Source: Anaeramoeba ignava BMAN (Eukaryota; Protista; Anaeramoebae). Taken from it: 64,000 bases of DNA. Shown here one piece after another: positions 17,070 to 36,885 of this stretch. Position 1 is the stretch's first letter. Every line of letters begins with the position of its first letter. The stretch is from assembly GCA_028826165.1 (NCBI GenBank), contig JAPDFW010000104.1, positions 1 through 64,000 of the forward strand. Direction: 5' to 3'. The notes under the pieces are model-generated. The model saw only the letters and a list, made by a program, of their open reading frames with translations, made no database searches and was not told the DNA's origin. The translations under genes were made by a program, and so were the position numbers.

Positions 17070-19735
17070 AAATTATAAATTAAATTATAAATTAAATTAT
17101 AAATAAAATTATAAATAAAATAATAAATAAAATTATAAATTAAATTATAAATAAAATAAATTATAAATAAAATTATAAATAAAATTATAAATAAAATTAT
17201 AAATAAAATTATAAATTAAATTATAAACAAAATTATAAATAAAATTATAAATAAAATTCATAAATTAAAAATTATAAACAAAAATTGAATAAAAAAAATA
17301 AAAAGTGGAACAAAATCTATAAATTAAATTATAAAAATAAATAAATAAATTATAAATAAAATTATAAATTAAATTATAAATAAAAATTATAAATAAAATT
17401 AAAAAAAATTATAAACAAAAATTATAAATGAAAAATAAAAACAAAATTATAAAATAAAATTATAAATTAAAATTATAAATAAAATTATAAACAAAATTAT
17501 AACAAAAATTATAAATTAAAATATAAATAAAATTATAAAATAAAAATTATAAATAAAAATAAATAAATTATAAATTAAAATTATAAACAAAATATAAATA
17601 AAAACTATAAATAAAATTATAAATAAAAAAATAAAATTATAAAATAAAATTATAAATAAAAAAATTAAAAATAAAATTATAAATTAAAAATTATAAATTA
17701 AATTATAAATTAAATTATAAATTAAATTATAAATAAAATTATAAATAAAATTATAAATAAAATATAAATAAAAAAATTACAAAATTATAAATAAAATTAT
17801 AAATAAAATTATAAATAAAATTATAAATTAAACATATAAATAAAATTATAACAAAATAAATAAATTATAAACAAAAATTATAAATAAAATTATAAATAAA
17901 AATATAAATAAAATTATAACAAAAATATATAAATTAAATTAAAAAAATTATAAACAAAATTATAAATAAAATTTAAACAAAATTATAAATAAAATTATAA
18001 ATAAAATCAAATTATAAATAAAATTATAAATAAAAATTATAAATAAAAATTATAAATAAAATTATAAATAAAATTATAAAATAAAATTATAAATCAAAAT
18101 TATAAATAAAAATTATAAATAAAATTATAAATAAAAAAAATTATGAACAAAAAATAAAATAAAATTATAAAAAAATAAAATTATAAATAAAAATTTTAAA
18201 AAAATTATATAAAATTAAATTATAAATTAAAACTCAAACAAAAATTATAACAAAAATAATAAATAAAATTTAAAAAAATGAACAAAAAGTGGAATAAAAT
18301 TATAAATAAAATTATAAATTAAATTAAATCAAATTTATAAACAAAATAAAAAAATTATAACAAAATTATAAATAAAATTATAAATAAAATTATAAATAAA
18401 ATTATAAATAAAAATTATAAATAAAATTATAACAAAACTATAAATAAAAGGTAAAAAATAAAATTATAAACAAAAATAAAAAAAAATTATAAATTAAATT
18501 ATAAATTAAAATTATAAACAAAATTATAAATAAACAAAAATTATAAACAAAATTATAAATAAAATTATAAAATAAAATTATAAAACAAAATCATAAATAA
18601 AAACTATAAAAAAAATTATAAACAAAAATAAAATATAAATAAAAAATTATAAACAAAATTATAAATAAAATTATAAAATCAAAATTAAAATAAAATTAAA
18701 CAAAAATCATAAATTTTATAAAATAAATTAAACAAAAATCATAAACAAATATAAACAAAAACAACAAAAACAAAAGGGAAATTAAAATTTTGAAAATCAA
18801 AAAATTGGAACAAAAAGTGGAATAAAAAAAACAAATAAATTAAAACAAAAATAAAAAAAATATAAATAAAAACCAAAAACAAAAAAATAAAACAAAATCA
18901 TAAACAAAAACCATAAAAAAACGGAATCATAAACAAAAAAAAACAAAAATTATAAACAAACAACAAAAATAACAAAATCAAAAATAACAACAAAATAAAA
19001 ACAAAAAAACAAATCAAAATTTAAATAAAAATTGAATAAAAACGGAATGAAAAGTGAACAAAAACAAAAAATCAATTATAAATAAAAATCATAAAAAAAT
19101 TTCAAACGATATTTAAAATTATAAAATCAAATTATAAATAAAAAAATAAAAAAATTATAAATTCTTTATGAATTAAAATGGAATTAAAATTAAAAAAATT
19201 CAAATCAAAATTATAAATAAAATTATAAATAAAATTAAAAATTATAAAAAATTTAATAAAAAAAAAATAAATAAATAAAAATCATAAAATAAATTATAAA
19301 CAAAAATTAAACAAAAATTATAAATTAAAACAAAAATCATAAAATCAAAATCATTAAAAAAAAAATGGAATAAAAAAATTTAAATTAAAATTATAACAAA
19401 AACTGAATAAAAATTGAAATCAAAAATTATAAACAAAATTATAAAAAAAATTAAATAATAAATAAAAATATTAAATCATAAATAAATTTGAATAAAAATT
19501 GGAATAAAATTATAAATTAAAAATTATAAATAAAATTATAATTAAAATTATAAATAAAATTATAAATAAAATTATAAATTAAATTATAAATTAAAATTAT
19601 AAATTAAATTATAAATAAAATTATAAATAAAATTATAAATTAAATTATAAATTAAATTTAAATTAAAATAAAATTATAAATAAAATTATAAATTAAATTA
19701 TAAATAAAATTATAAATTAAATTATAAAAAAAATT
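17070..19735. repeat. (AAATAAAATTAT)n satellite of about 12 bp with a degenerate centre
   Basis: Visible tandem array; no ORFs. Confidence 0.9.
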
Positions 19736-19883
19736 GGAATAAAAATTGGAATAAAAAACCTTTCAAAATTAATGAGAAAAATTGTTTAATTTTTGTTTTT
19801 AAAAAATTTTTGCTTTTTTTTTTTAAATAAAATTTTTTTTTCATTTTTCTTTTCTTTTTTGAATTAATAAAAAAAAGAAACAA

Positions 19884-22387
19884 ATGATTCTTTATCGACT
19901 TTTCAATTTATTTTTGGGTTACATTAAATTATTATTTTCGCACAATCGAAACATTTGGATTTTACAAACATACCCCCAAAAAGGGAGTATATTTTTCTCA
20001 GCAACGCATCCAAATTCGTTAATAGATCCAGTTCTAGTTTCTTTTAAAACACCACGTTTAGTTCGTTTAATTGGAAAATATTCACTTTTTAAAATGCCTT
20101 TTATTCGAACAATTGCAAGAGGAATTCAAGCTGTTCCTATTAAAAGAGCTCAAGATTCTGGTTTGGATCCTTCTCAAATGCAAAAAGTTAATGACCAAGC
20201 TTTTGGTGAAATGTATAAAGCTTTTAATAAAGGTCAATGTATTGGTATTTGGCCAGAAGTATTTATTTTATTTTTCAAATCAAAAACAAACAACAACAAC
20301 AAAAACAAAAACAAAAACAAAAACAAAAACAAAACGAACAAAGACAACAAAAATAACAAAACAACAAAAACAACAAAAACAAAAACAACAACAATAACAA
20401 AAACAATAACAAAAACAAAAACAACAAAAACAACAACAACAACAAAACAAAAATAACAACAAAAAAAATAACAAAAAGTTCCAAATCATTTTAAATAAAA
20501 ATTGAATAAAAATTACATTTGAAATTAAAATTAAAATTAAAATTAAAATCAATATTAAAATTAATATTCAAATTCAAAATTAAAATTCAAATCAATATTA
20601 TAATTAAAATTAAAATTAAAATTAAAAATTAAAATTAAAATTGAAATTGAAATTAAAATTAAAATTAAAATTAAAAATTAAAATCAAAATTAAAATTCAA
20701 AATCAATATTAAAATTAAAATTAAAATTAAAATTAAAATTAAAATTAAAATTAAAAATTAAAATTAAAATTAAAATTAAAATTAAAATTATAAATAAAAT
20801 TAAAATTAAAATTAAAATTAAAATTCATTTTGAAATTAAAATTAAAATTAAAATTAAAATTAAAATTAAAATTCAAAATCAATATTAAAATTAATATTCA
20901 AATTAAAATCATAAATAAAATTATAAATAAAATTAATATTAAAATTTGAAATTAAAAATTAAAAATTAAAATTAATATTAAAATTAAAATTAAAATTAAT
21001 ATTAAATTCAAAATCGGATAAAAAATCAAAATTAATATTAAATTCAAAATCGGATAAAAAATCAAAATTAAAATTAATATTAAAATTCAAAATCGGATAT
21101 AAAATTAAAATCGGATAAAAAATCAAATTTATAAAATTAAGGGAGCTTCAATCATAAAACCAGGTTTATTACCATTTCGAACAGGAATAGCAAGAATATT
21201 ATTTGGAGGAATCAACGATATAAAGAAAAAACATCCAGAAAAAAGCATTTCTGTGATTCTAATAGGAATAAACTACACATCATCAAGAAAATATCAATCA
21301 TCAATATTCTTAGTTTATGGACCAGTTATGGAAGTATCAGATGAAGTACTCGAAATGTGGAGAAAAGAACCAAGAACAACAGTGAAAAAATTAACACTAT
21401 TTTTCGAAAAATGCACAAGTAGATTATTCTTGAATTGCCCTGATTGGGAAACTTTTGATATCGTTTCAACTACTCAAATGTGTTTATCAGATAAAAATTA
21501 TTCACCTAGAAAATTTACTGAATTGGGAATCAAAGTTTATGAATGCTTTAAAAGATTTAATAAAGAGGATGAAGATTGCAAGAAATATATTGAAGTGTCA
21601 CAAAAATATTCACAAAATTTAAAGAAATCAAAAATCCAAGACTCAGAAATCATCAAAAACACAAACTATTCCGTTTTTTTTGGAAGTTTGAAAATTTTCT
21701 TTTCAATCATTTTTGTGATTATTTACTTCGTATTTGCTTTGCCTGGTTTGGTTCTTAATTTTCCATTGGTGATTCATGCAATTCGAACAGGGTTAAAAAG
21801 CTATAAAAAACCTGAGAATTGTGCAAGTTCTCGTTTGCTTTTTTTTTCAATAATTGGATTTTGTCTTGATATTATTTATTCCTCAATTATTGCTAAAATT
21901 TTCGGTGGAATTTATTTTCTTCCTGCTTTTTGGGTTTTTGCTCTTGGTCATGCTACTTCTTTATTTGTTAATTCAATAATTGGATTGTCTCGAAAAATTC
22001 GATCAACTGCGAAAATTTTAAAAAAATCGGAAAAAAGCAAAAGAAATTCTTAATTTAAGAAATCAACTGATTGAATTGTTTTTTAATTGTAAAAATAAGT
22101 TTTGTAATTTGGAAAGTTTTAATGAAAAGGAAAAAATGCTTTTTGATGTTGAAAATTTGGGAAGTGATGAATTTTGGTTTTTGGAGGAGCTTAAAACTGT
22201 TAATAAAAATGATACTAAGTTTTGGATTCAAAAAGAAATGATTGAAAGTATTGAAATTGAAAATGAAAATGAAAATGAAAATGAAAATGAAAATGAAAAT
22301 CAAAATCAAAATGAAATTAAAATTGAAAATCAAAATGAAAATGAAATTGATTTGGAAAGTGATGAAAACAAAGAATTAATGAATTGA
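19884..22387 (+). CDS. Glycerol-3-phosphate/lysophospholipid acyltransferase (PlsC fold, Gpt2/Sct1-like) with C-terminal transmembrane helices
   Basis: HPNSLID (HxxxxD) and WPE|GAS...GLLPFRTGIARI rejoined across intron 20259-21141; hydrophobic helices in the C-terminal half; an extra A in a homopolymer near 22035. Confidence 0.85.
20259..21141 (+). repeat. Repeat-filled intron, (ACAAAA)n then (ATTAAA)n
   Basis: GT at 20259 and AG at 21140-21141 restore the PEG motif. Confidence 0.8.
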
Positions 22388-22552
22388 ATTATTGAATTAA
22401 TGAATTGGATTGAATTTTTTTTTTTTTGGATTGAATTTTAATCAAAAAAAAAATTTGGAATAAAAGAAAAAGAAATTTTATTTGAAAAAGAAATTTTATT
22501 TGAAAAGAATTTTATTTGAAAAAGAATTTTATTTGAAAAGAAATTTTTTTGC

Positions 22553-23657
22553 TCAATCAAAAAAAGATTCAAATGCAATTCCAACTTCAGAAATCATATC
22601 AGATGTTGTCATAGATCTTTTCTTTTTAGAAAAAGCAAGACTATTACATTTTCTTGTAATCAAACAACCAGCATAACCAGCAACAATAGGAATTCCAATT
22701 TCTTTATTAATTTGGGATTTTTTTGGAGAATCCAAATTAAACCAATTCAAAAAAACACCAATTGCACCTGAAAGAATATCTCCTTGACCAGAAACTCTCC
22801 TTGAAGAACCAAGAAAATTGCAAATCCGAGTATTTTTTCCATTACTTATAATATCATTGAAACCTTTTTTGAGAACCGTTACATTCCCTAATTTTTCTGA
22901 CATTTTTTTGACATTTTCCATTTCTTTTTGAAGATCAAAAACTTTCTTTGGATTTTCTTTTGGATTTGGTTCTTGTTTTTCTTCAGGAAAAAGAGAATTT
23001 TGCAATCTCCAAAACTCCATTTTATTTGGTGTAATAATAACATTTTCATTGCCTTTTATTAATTCTTTATTTTGAGTGATAATAAATAATCCATCAGCAT
23101 CAATAACCATTGGAACTTTTTTTTCTTTTGCAGATAAAATGATTTTTTCCACTTGATTTATTACTTTTGGATCTCTTCCTAATCCTGGTCCAATTATTAA
23201 TCCTCCTAATTTATCTAACCAACTTGTAATATTTTCCACAATTTTCTTTTCTATTCCTTCCGCTGTTTCTTCTTCATTTCTTAGTTTGCTTTTTGCTATT
23301 TCGTTCTTGATTTCTTCTTCAGACATTAAAATTGGATGAACAATTAAATCAGGACTATAAGATTTTATAGCTGTTCCTGCATTTTTTGTGCAAAAAATAT
23401 GAACCAAATCAGCTCCCTTTTTTAAAATAAAATAAATATTCAATCAAAAATTAAATATTTAATTTAATATTTAATATTCAAAATTTTAAATTAAATTATT
23501 CTACAATTTTTAATGCAGTTATTCCTGCAAAATATGGTCCTCCTGTATATAATGTTGAACCTCCAATAACAGCAATTCTTCCCATAGAACCTTTATGAAA
23601 AGTTTCACTAAGTGAAGGAATAAGTGAAGATATTATTTCAATAGGAATTGTTGACAT
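22553..23657 (-). CDS. NAXD: ATP-dependent NAD(P)HX dehydratase (NAXD/CARKD/YjeF-C family)
   Basis: HKGSMGRIAVIGGS..YTGGPYFA, GADLVHIF (after intron 23417-23504), IGPGLGRD, VIDADG, ITPNKMEF, RRVSGQGDILSG. Confidence 0.93.
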
Positions 23658-23711
23658 TTAAAAAAAATGAAAAATGAAAAATGAAAAATGAAATTTTTAT
23701 TTTTTTTTATT

Positions 23712-25622
23712 TTATTTTAAAAAAAAATTCTCTATAATTTCATTTGCTTTGTTTGAAATATCTTGATTTTCATGATTTTGTAATTTTTCTAAAATTGAAA
23801 CAGCTTCTTCTTCTTCAAAAATATCTATTAAATTTTGAACATTTAATCCTTGAGTTAAAATTCTTTCCCAACAAAATAAACCAATTTGAATAGTTTGAAT
23901 ATCATTAATTGTTAATAATTTAGAAATTCCTTTGACAACTTGATTTTTAATCATTTCTTGAATTAAATTTTCATTATTAATTTCAAGTAAATTTGAAATT
24001 CCAAAAATAGCTTGTTTTTGAATTTCAAATTTTTCTTTTAAAAGAGCTTGTGATAAAATTTGAATAATTCCTGTTTTAATTGCATTTTCTTGTATTTTTA
24101 TATTTGAAGCACAAATATTTGAAAGAGCCCAACAAGAATATCTTTTAAGATCTGAAATTGGACTAGCAAATGTTTTAAAAAGAATAGAAATGATATTATA
24201 ATTAATAAGTTTTTCTGTCATTTCATCTTTCCAATTAAGTAAATTCCCAATAGTTTTTAAAGAAGGAGTTTGAAATTTTGGATCTTGATTTCTTGTTTAT
24301 AAAAAAAAAGCAAAAAAATTAATAAACGAGAACTTTTTTTTTGCTTTTTTTTTTTACTCTAAATTAATTATTAAATATTCTAAAAGTTCTTTAATTTCAA
24401 AAAAAACTTGTTTGAATTCATCGTTTCCTTTTGATATATTTTCAAGACATTCAAGAAGATAAATTGAAATTTCTGAATTTTTTGAAGAAGTTTGAGCAAA
24501 AAGTGGATCAAAAAGTAATTTAATTTTTTCAAAATTTGGCAAAGGATTTCTTGTAATAAAAATGGAAATCCAAACAAAGTTTTTGATTGTACTTTCACGT
24601 TTGGAAAATTTTTGAGTAATTTCAGATAAGATTTGAATAAAATCAGTATCAATAACTTGATCTCTAAAATCAATTGATTGAGAAATTATATTTGCAAAAG
24701 AAGTAATACACTTATTTTTGAAAAGAAGATGAATAAAACAAAATTGAATTCAATTTTGAATTAAAATAATCATTAATTTTTCTTTTTTACTTGATCTATA
24801 ATATCTGGGTCTTTTGTTTGAATAAGAAGATCTAAAATTTTGGGTGCAATTCCCATATTTATAATTTCTGAAGTTAATTCAAGTGATCCACTTGTTAAAT
24901 GAGATAATGAAGTAATTGCTTCATACTTTGATTTTGGTTTTTTTGTAAAAAAAATTTGTTTAAATATTTTATATATAATAAAGAAGATAATATTAAAGAT
25001 ACTTGAATTAAAACTTTTGGTGATTGTAAAAATTCAATAAATAAGGGAATAAATCCATTATCAATAATTTCTCTAATTGGTGGATTAGGAAATAATGAGC
25101 AAATTTCGCGAACTTCACTTAAAGTATGATCTTGAGTTTGAGGATCAAGTAATAATTTATAAATTTGAGGTAGATTTTGAATCTTATATTTTTAATTAGA
25201 TATTGAAATTGAAATAAATATTGAATATTGAAATTGAATTAAATATTAAAATAAATATTGAATTAAATATTGAATATTGAATTAAATTAAATATTAAATT
25301 AAATATTGAAATAAAAATTGAATTAAATATTGAAATAAATATTGAAATAAATATTAAATTAAATATTGAATAATGAATTGAAATAAATATTGAAAAACAC
25401 TTTTAAACGAATTTGTTCAAAATATTTTTGATTTTCTTCAGAAAGAAGTTCTTGAGCTGAACGAAGATTTGGATTTCTTCTTTTAAATAATTGCTCTTCT
25501 TTTTTAGATTTACTTAAAATAACAGTTTGAATTTCTCTTTTTTCTTTATTAAATTGAAAATTAATTCTTCCTTTAAAATTATTTTTTCTTCTTTCTAAAC
25601 GTTGTCTAAGAGAATTTGACAT
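23712..25622 (-). CDS. Importin-alpha-like protein (IBB plus ARM repeats), multi-exon, divergent
   Basis: IBB-like RRKNNFKG...KKEEQLFKRRN; PPIREIIDNG, PSLKTIGN and CWALSNICA ARM signatures; several short GT-AG introns. Confidence 0.8.
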
Positions 25623-25798
25623 TTTAAAAGTAAAAGTAAAAGAAAAAAAAAGAAAAAGAAAAAAATGAAAATTAAAATTTTTTTTTTCATTTTTTTTTTT
25701 AAATTTTTTTTATTAAATTTTCCAACTTTAAAACAAAATAAACATTAGCAATAAAAAGAACAAAAAGACATTAACAATAAAAAGAACAAAAAAAAACT

Positions 25799-31982
<6,184 letters not shown>

Positions 31983-32029
31983 TTTCAAAAAACAAAAGAA
32001 AAGAAAATCAAATTTAAAATCAATAATAA

Positions 32030-32890
32030 AATTAAAATTCATTTATAAAATTATAATCAAAATTAAAATTAAAATTAAAATCAAAATTAAAATCTAAATT
32101 CATTTATAAAATTGAAATCAAAATTAAAATCAAAATCAAAATTCATTTATAAAATTAAAATCATTTATTAAAATTAAAATTAAAATTAAAATTGAAATTA
32201 AAATTAAAATTAAAATTAAAATCAAAAATAAAATTGAAATTAAAATTAAAATCAAAATTAAAATTAAAATTAAAATCAAAATCTAAATTCATTTATAAAA
32301 TCAAAATTAAAATCAAAATCAAAATTAAAATTAAATTAAAATTAAAATTAAAATTAAAATTAAAATTAAATTAAAATTAAAATCAAAATCAAAATCAAAA
32401 TCAAAATTAAAATCTAAATTCATTTATAAAATTAAAATTAAAATCAAAATTAAAATTAATATTAAAATTAAAATCAAAATTAAAATTAAAATTAAAATTA
32501 AAATTAAAATTAAAATTAAAATTAAAATTAAAATTAAAAGTAATTAAAATCAAAAATTAAAATTAAAATTAAAATTAAAATTAAAATTAAAATTGAAATT
32601 AAAATTAAAATTAAAATCAAAATCTAAATTCATTTATAAAATTAAAATTAAAATCAAAAATAAAATTGAAATTAAAATTAAAATCAAAATTAAAATTAAA
32701 ATTAAAATCAAAATCTAAATTCATTTATAAAATTAAAATTAAAATTAAAATTAAAATCAAAAATAAAATTGAAATTAAAATTAAAATTCATTTATAAAAT
32801 TAAAATTAAAATTTAAAATTAAAATTAAAATTAAAATCAAAATTAAAATCTAAATTCATTTATAAAATTAAAATCAAAATTAAAAATAAA
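32030..32890. repeat. Intergenic (AAAATT/AAAATC)n array with interspersed TCTAAATTCATTTAT units
   Basis: Visible tandem array. Confidence 0.85.
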
Positions 32891-33038
32891 ATTGAAAAAA
32901 ACCAAAAAAATTATTTTCATTTTTTTTTTAATCATTAATTTTTTTAAAATAAATTAGAACAATAAAATTTTTTGGAAACATTAATTTGAAAAGAAAAGAA
33001 AATAAAACAAATTAAATAAAAAAAAATAAATTAAAAAG

Positions 33039-35897
33039 ATGAAAAAAAAAAATTCACTTCGATCATTATTAGATAAAAAAACATTATTGCCGGAAGTTAG
33101 GGATGATTCAGCAAAACTTCAAATCGCACTTTGGCGAGTGTGGCCAAGTCGTATAAGATTTTGTTGCAACGGTTCATGCACTACTGGCCCTGATATAAGA
33201 ATGCTTATCTTTACTTTTGTCTTATTTAATGTTCCAATGATCGCGTTTATTTTTTCTGTTGGTTTGAAAATTATTGAGTTTTTATCTTATTATGTTATTA
33301 TTATTGCTGGTATCCTCTTTTTATTGGTTAATATCTTTCTGTTATTAACTGCTTATGTTAATCCTGGTATTATTAGAAGATGTCCTTTACCAGAAGTTGT
33401 TGTAATTTTCATTTTTATTATTAAATCTAAATCTAAATCTAAATCTAAATCTAAATATAAATATAAATATAAATCTAAATATAAATATAAATCTAAATAT
33501 AAATCTAAATCTAAATCTAAATCTAAATCTAAATATAAATATAAATATAAATCAAAATCTAAATATAAATCTAAATATAAATATAAATCTAAATCTAAAT
33601 ATAAATCTAAATCTAAATCTAAATCTAAATATAAATCTAAATCTAAATCTAAATCAAAATCTAAATTAAAATCAAAATCAAAAATTAAAATTAAAATTAA
33701 AATCTAAATCTAAATCTAAACTAAATATAAAATAAATCTAAATCTAAATCTAAATATAAATATAAATATAAATATAAATCTAAATCTAAATATAAATATA
33801 AATATAAATCTAAATCTAAATATAAATATAAATATAAATATAAATATAAATATAAATATAAATCAAAATCAAAATCTAAATCTAAATCTAAATCTAAATC
33901 TAAATATAAATATAAATATAAATATAAATCTAAATCTAAATCTAAATCTAAATCTAAATCTAAATATAAATATAAAATCAATATCAAAATCTAAATCTAA
34001 ATCTAAATATAAATCAAAATATAAATATAAATATAAATCTAAATTTAAATCTAAATCTAAATCTAAATCAAAATATAAATCTAAATCTAAATATAAATAT
34101 AAATATAAATATAAATATAAATATAAATATAAATATAAATATAAATATAAATATAAATCAAAATTTAAATATAAATATAAATCTAAATCTAAATCAAAAT
34201 ATAAATCTAAATCTAAATATAAATATAAATCAAAATCAATTTGGAAACAATTGTTATAGCAAAAATCAAAATCAAAGAATCAAATTGTTTATCCAACATC
34301 TTCAAAAGATGTTCAAATTAATGGAGACAAATATCGTTTATTTTATTGTGGTAAAAAAACAACAACAAAATCAATATTAAAAATCAATTCTAAAAATCAA
34401 TATTAAAAATCAATATTAAAAATGAAAAGAAACTTGCAATATTTATCGACCTCCAAGAACTTCTCATTGTAGAAGATGTGATCAATGTGTTGAAAAATTT
34501 GATCATCATTGTAAAAAAAAAAAAGAGAAAAAAATCAACTAAAAAAAATGGAATCAATTATTAATAATTCATTTTCATTTTTCAATTTAATTTAATATAT
34601 CAATTCAATTCCAAAATTTTTTCGATTTTGGTTTTCAAAACAAATTCAAAAGGTCCTTGGGTTGGAAGTGATGTTGGTTTAAGAAATTATCGTTATTTTG
34701 CTTTATTTGTTTTTTTAATCACTTTTTCTGAATATTTTATTATCGTTTTTTCTCTTGTATTATTAAGTTTACTTACAAAAAAAAATTTCGCTGATTTTGA
34801 TGGTTTTGATGCTTTTAGTGAAGCTACAAAAAAAGCTCCTGAAACGTACTTATTTTCTCTTTATAAACAAAATTAATTTTATATTCAATTTTATATTCAA
34901 TTTTAAAATAGATTGATCTTTGCTATATTTTTACTTTTTACTGCTTGGCCAACAACAAATTTATCATTTTTTCATTTTGGTTTAATTTCTCAAAATTTAA
35001 CAACTCGAGAATTTGTAAATAAATCCAAAAAAATATTTAAATCCAAAAATATATTTAAATCCAAAAATATATTTAAATCCAAAAAAATATTTAAACCCAA
35101 AAATATATTTAAATCCAAAAATATATTTAAATCCAAAAATATATTTAAATCCAAAAATATATTTAAATCCAAAAATATATTTAAATCCAAAAATATATTT
35201 AAATCCAAAAATATATTTAAATCTAAAAATATATTTAAATCCAAAAATATATTTAAATCCAAAAAAATATTTAAATCTAAAAATATATTTAAATCTAAAA
35301 AATATATTTAAATCCAAAGATATATTTAAATCCAAAAAAATATATTTAAATCTAAAAATATATTTAAATCTAAAATATATTTAAATTCCAAAAATATATT
35401 TAAATCCAAAAATATATTTAAATCTAAAAATATATTTAAATCCAAAAAATATATTTAAATCTAAAAAATATATTTAAATCTAAAAATATATTTAAATTAA
35501 TAAAAAATAGATCAAAAATAGATATCAAGCAAGAGAAAATCCTTTTTCACATGGATGTTGTGGAAATTGGAAAGAAGTTTTTTGTTCAAAAAATCCAAAA
35601 ACAAATTTTAGTTTTAAAAGTTTTATTTCAGAAAATGAACTTGAATCTTTAAAAATACAAGTTTTAAAACCAGAATCTAAATGTTGGCCAGAAAAAAAAT
35701 TACAAATAATTGAATTTTATCAAAAATATCAAAAAACAATAAATTTAAAATCAGAAATTTTAAAAGAAAATTTAATTGAAAATGATTTAGAAAAATTAAA
35801 TGAAAATTTAAATGAAAATTTAAATGAAGATAATGATTTAATTTTAGATGAAGATAATAATGAAAATTTAAAAGAAAATGATTTAGAAATTAAATAA
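33039..35897 (+). CDS. DHHC palmitoyltransferase (Erf2/ZDHHC9-14-18-like), 6 exons
   Basis: NPGIIRR; C|[28 protein letters not shown]|[15 protein letters not shown]; NLTTREF; ENPFSHG. Exons approximately 33039-33401, 34260-34350, 34430-34510, 34653-34844, 34912-35014, 35511-35897. Confidence 0.92.
33423..34232. repeat. (AAATCT/AAATAT)n hexamer array in DHHC intron 1
   Basis: Visible tandem array. Confidence 0.9.
35018..35495. repeat. 18-bp minisatellite (AAATCCAAAAATATATTT)n in DHHC intron 5
   Basis: About 25 visible tandem copies. Confidence 0.92.
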
Positions 35898-36064
35898 GAA
35901 AAGATTATTTAATTAATTTGTTGTAGAAATCAAATAAAAATAAAACTAAATTTAAATAAAAAAAAATAAAAAAAAAATAAATTTTAAAATATTAATATAA
36001 ATAATGTAATTTTTAAAAAAAAAATTTAAATTAAAAAAAATAAATTAAATTTAAATTTAAAATA

Positions 36065-36137
36065 TCCCGTGTAGCTCAGTCGGTAGAGCGTTGGACTCTT
36101 AATCCAAATGTCGTCGGTTCGAGCCCGGCCTCGGGAG
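36065..36137 (+). tRNA. tRNA-Lys(CUU)
   Basis: Cloverleaf: acceptor TCCCGTG/CTCGGGA with one T:T mismatch, D-arm TAGCTCAGTCGGTAGAGC, anticodon arm TTGGA-CTCTTAA-TCCAA, T-arm GTCGG-TTCGAGC-CCGGC, discriminator G. Confidence 0.95.
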
Positions 36138-36199
36138 TATTTATTTATTTTTTTTTTTTATTATTTTTTTTAATTTTAATTTAAATAATCAATTAATTC

Positions 36200-36636
36200 T
36201 TTTATTCCACTTTTTTTTATTATATTTATTATATTTTTTATTAATATATTTATTATATTTATTATTAATATATTTATTTATTTATTATTAATATATTTAT
36301 TATATTTATTATTAATATATTTATTATATTTATTATTAATATATTTATTCCACTTTTTTATTGTTATTATATTTATTATTAATATATTTATTATATTTTT
36401 TATTAATATATTTTTATTTTATTTATTACTTTTTTTATTTATTATTATTATATTTATTATATTTATTATTATTATATTTATTATATTTATTATTAATATA
36501 TTTATTATATTTATTATTAATATATTTATTATTAATATATTTATTATATTTATTATTAATATATTTATTATATTTATTATTAATATATTTATTATATTTA
36601 TTATTATTATATTTATTATTAATATATTTATTATAT
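36200..36636. repeat. AT minisatellite (ATATTTATTATATTTATTATTAAT)n, left half, interrupted by the transposon
   Basis: The same unit resumes at 40034. Confidence 0.88.
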
Positions 36637-36885
36637 GAGAGAAAGGGAGAGGCAAAAACATCTCAAAATATTTAAAAAAAAATTCCCCTTTTTATTGAAA
36701 AATAAATTAAAAATTCTTTTGTGAAACCTGAAAATTTGAGGCCGCAAAAGGCTAATGGGGAAATTTTTATTTTTTGAAAAATCAATCAAAAAAAATCAAT
36801 CAAAAAAAATCAATCAAAAAAAATCAATCAAGAAAAATCAATCAATCAAAAGAAAAAAGAGATTAGTTGAATTTGAATGGAATAT

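Noticed and set aside
34990-35500. CRISPR-like array
   Set aside because: Head-to-tail 18-mer with no unique spacers, inside a eukaryotic intron.
36065-36137. tRNA as a SINE head or suppressor tRNA
   Set aside because: Normal 73-nt Lys(CUU) cloverleaf followed by a T-run; only one acceptor-stem mismatch.
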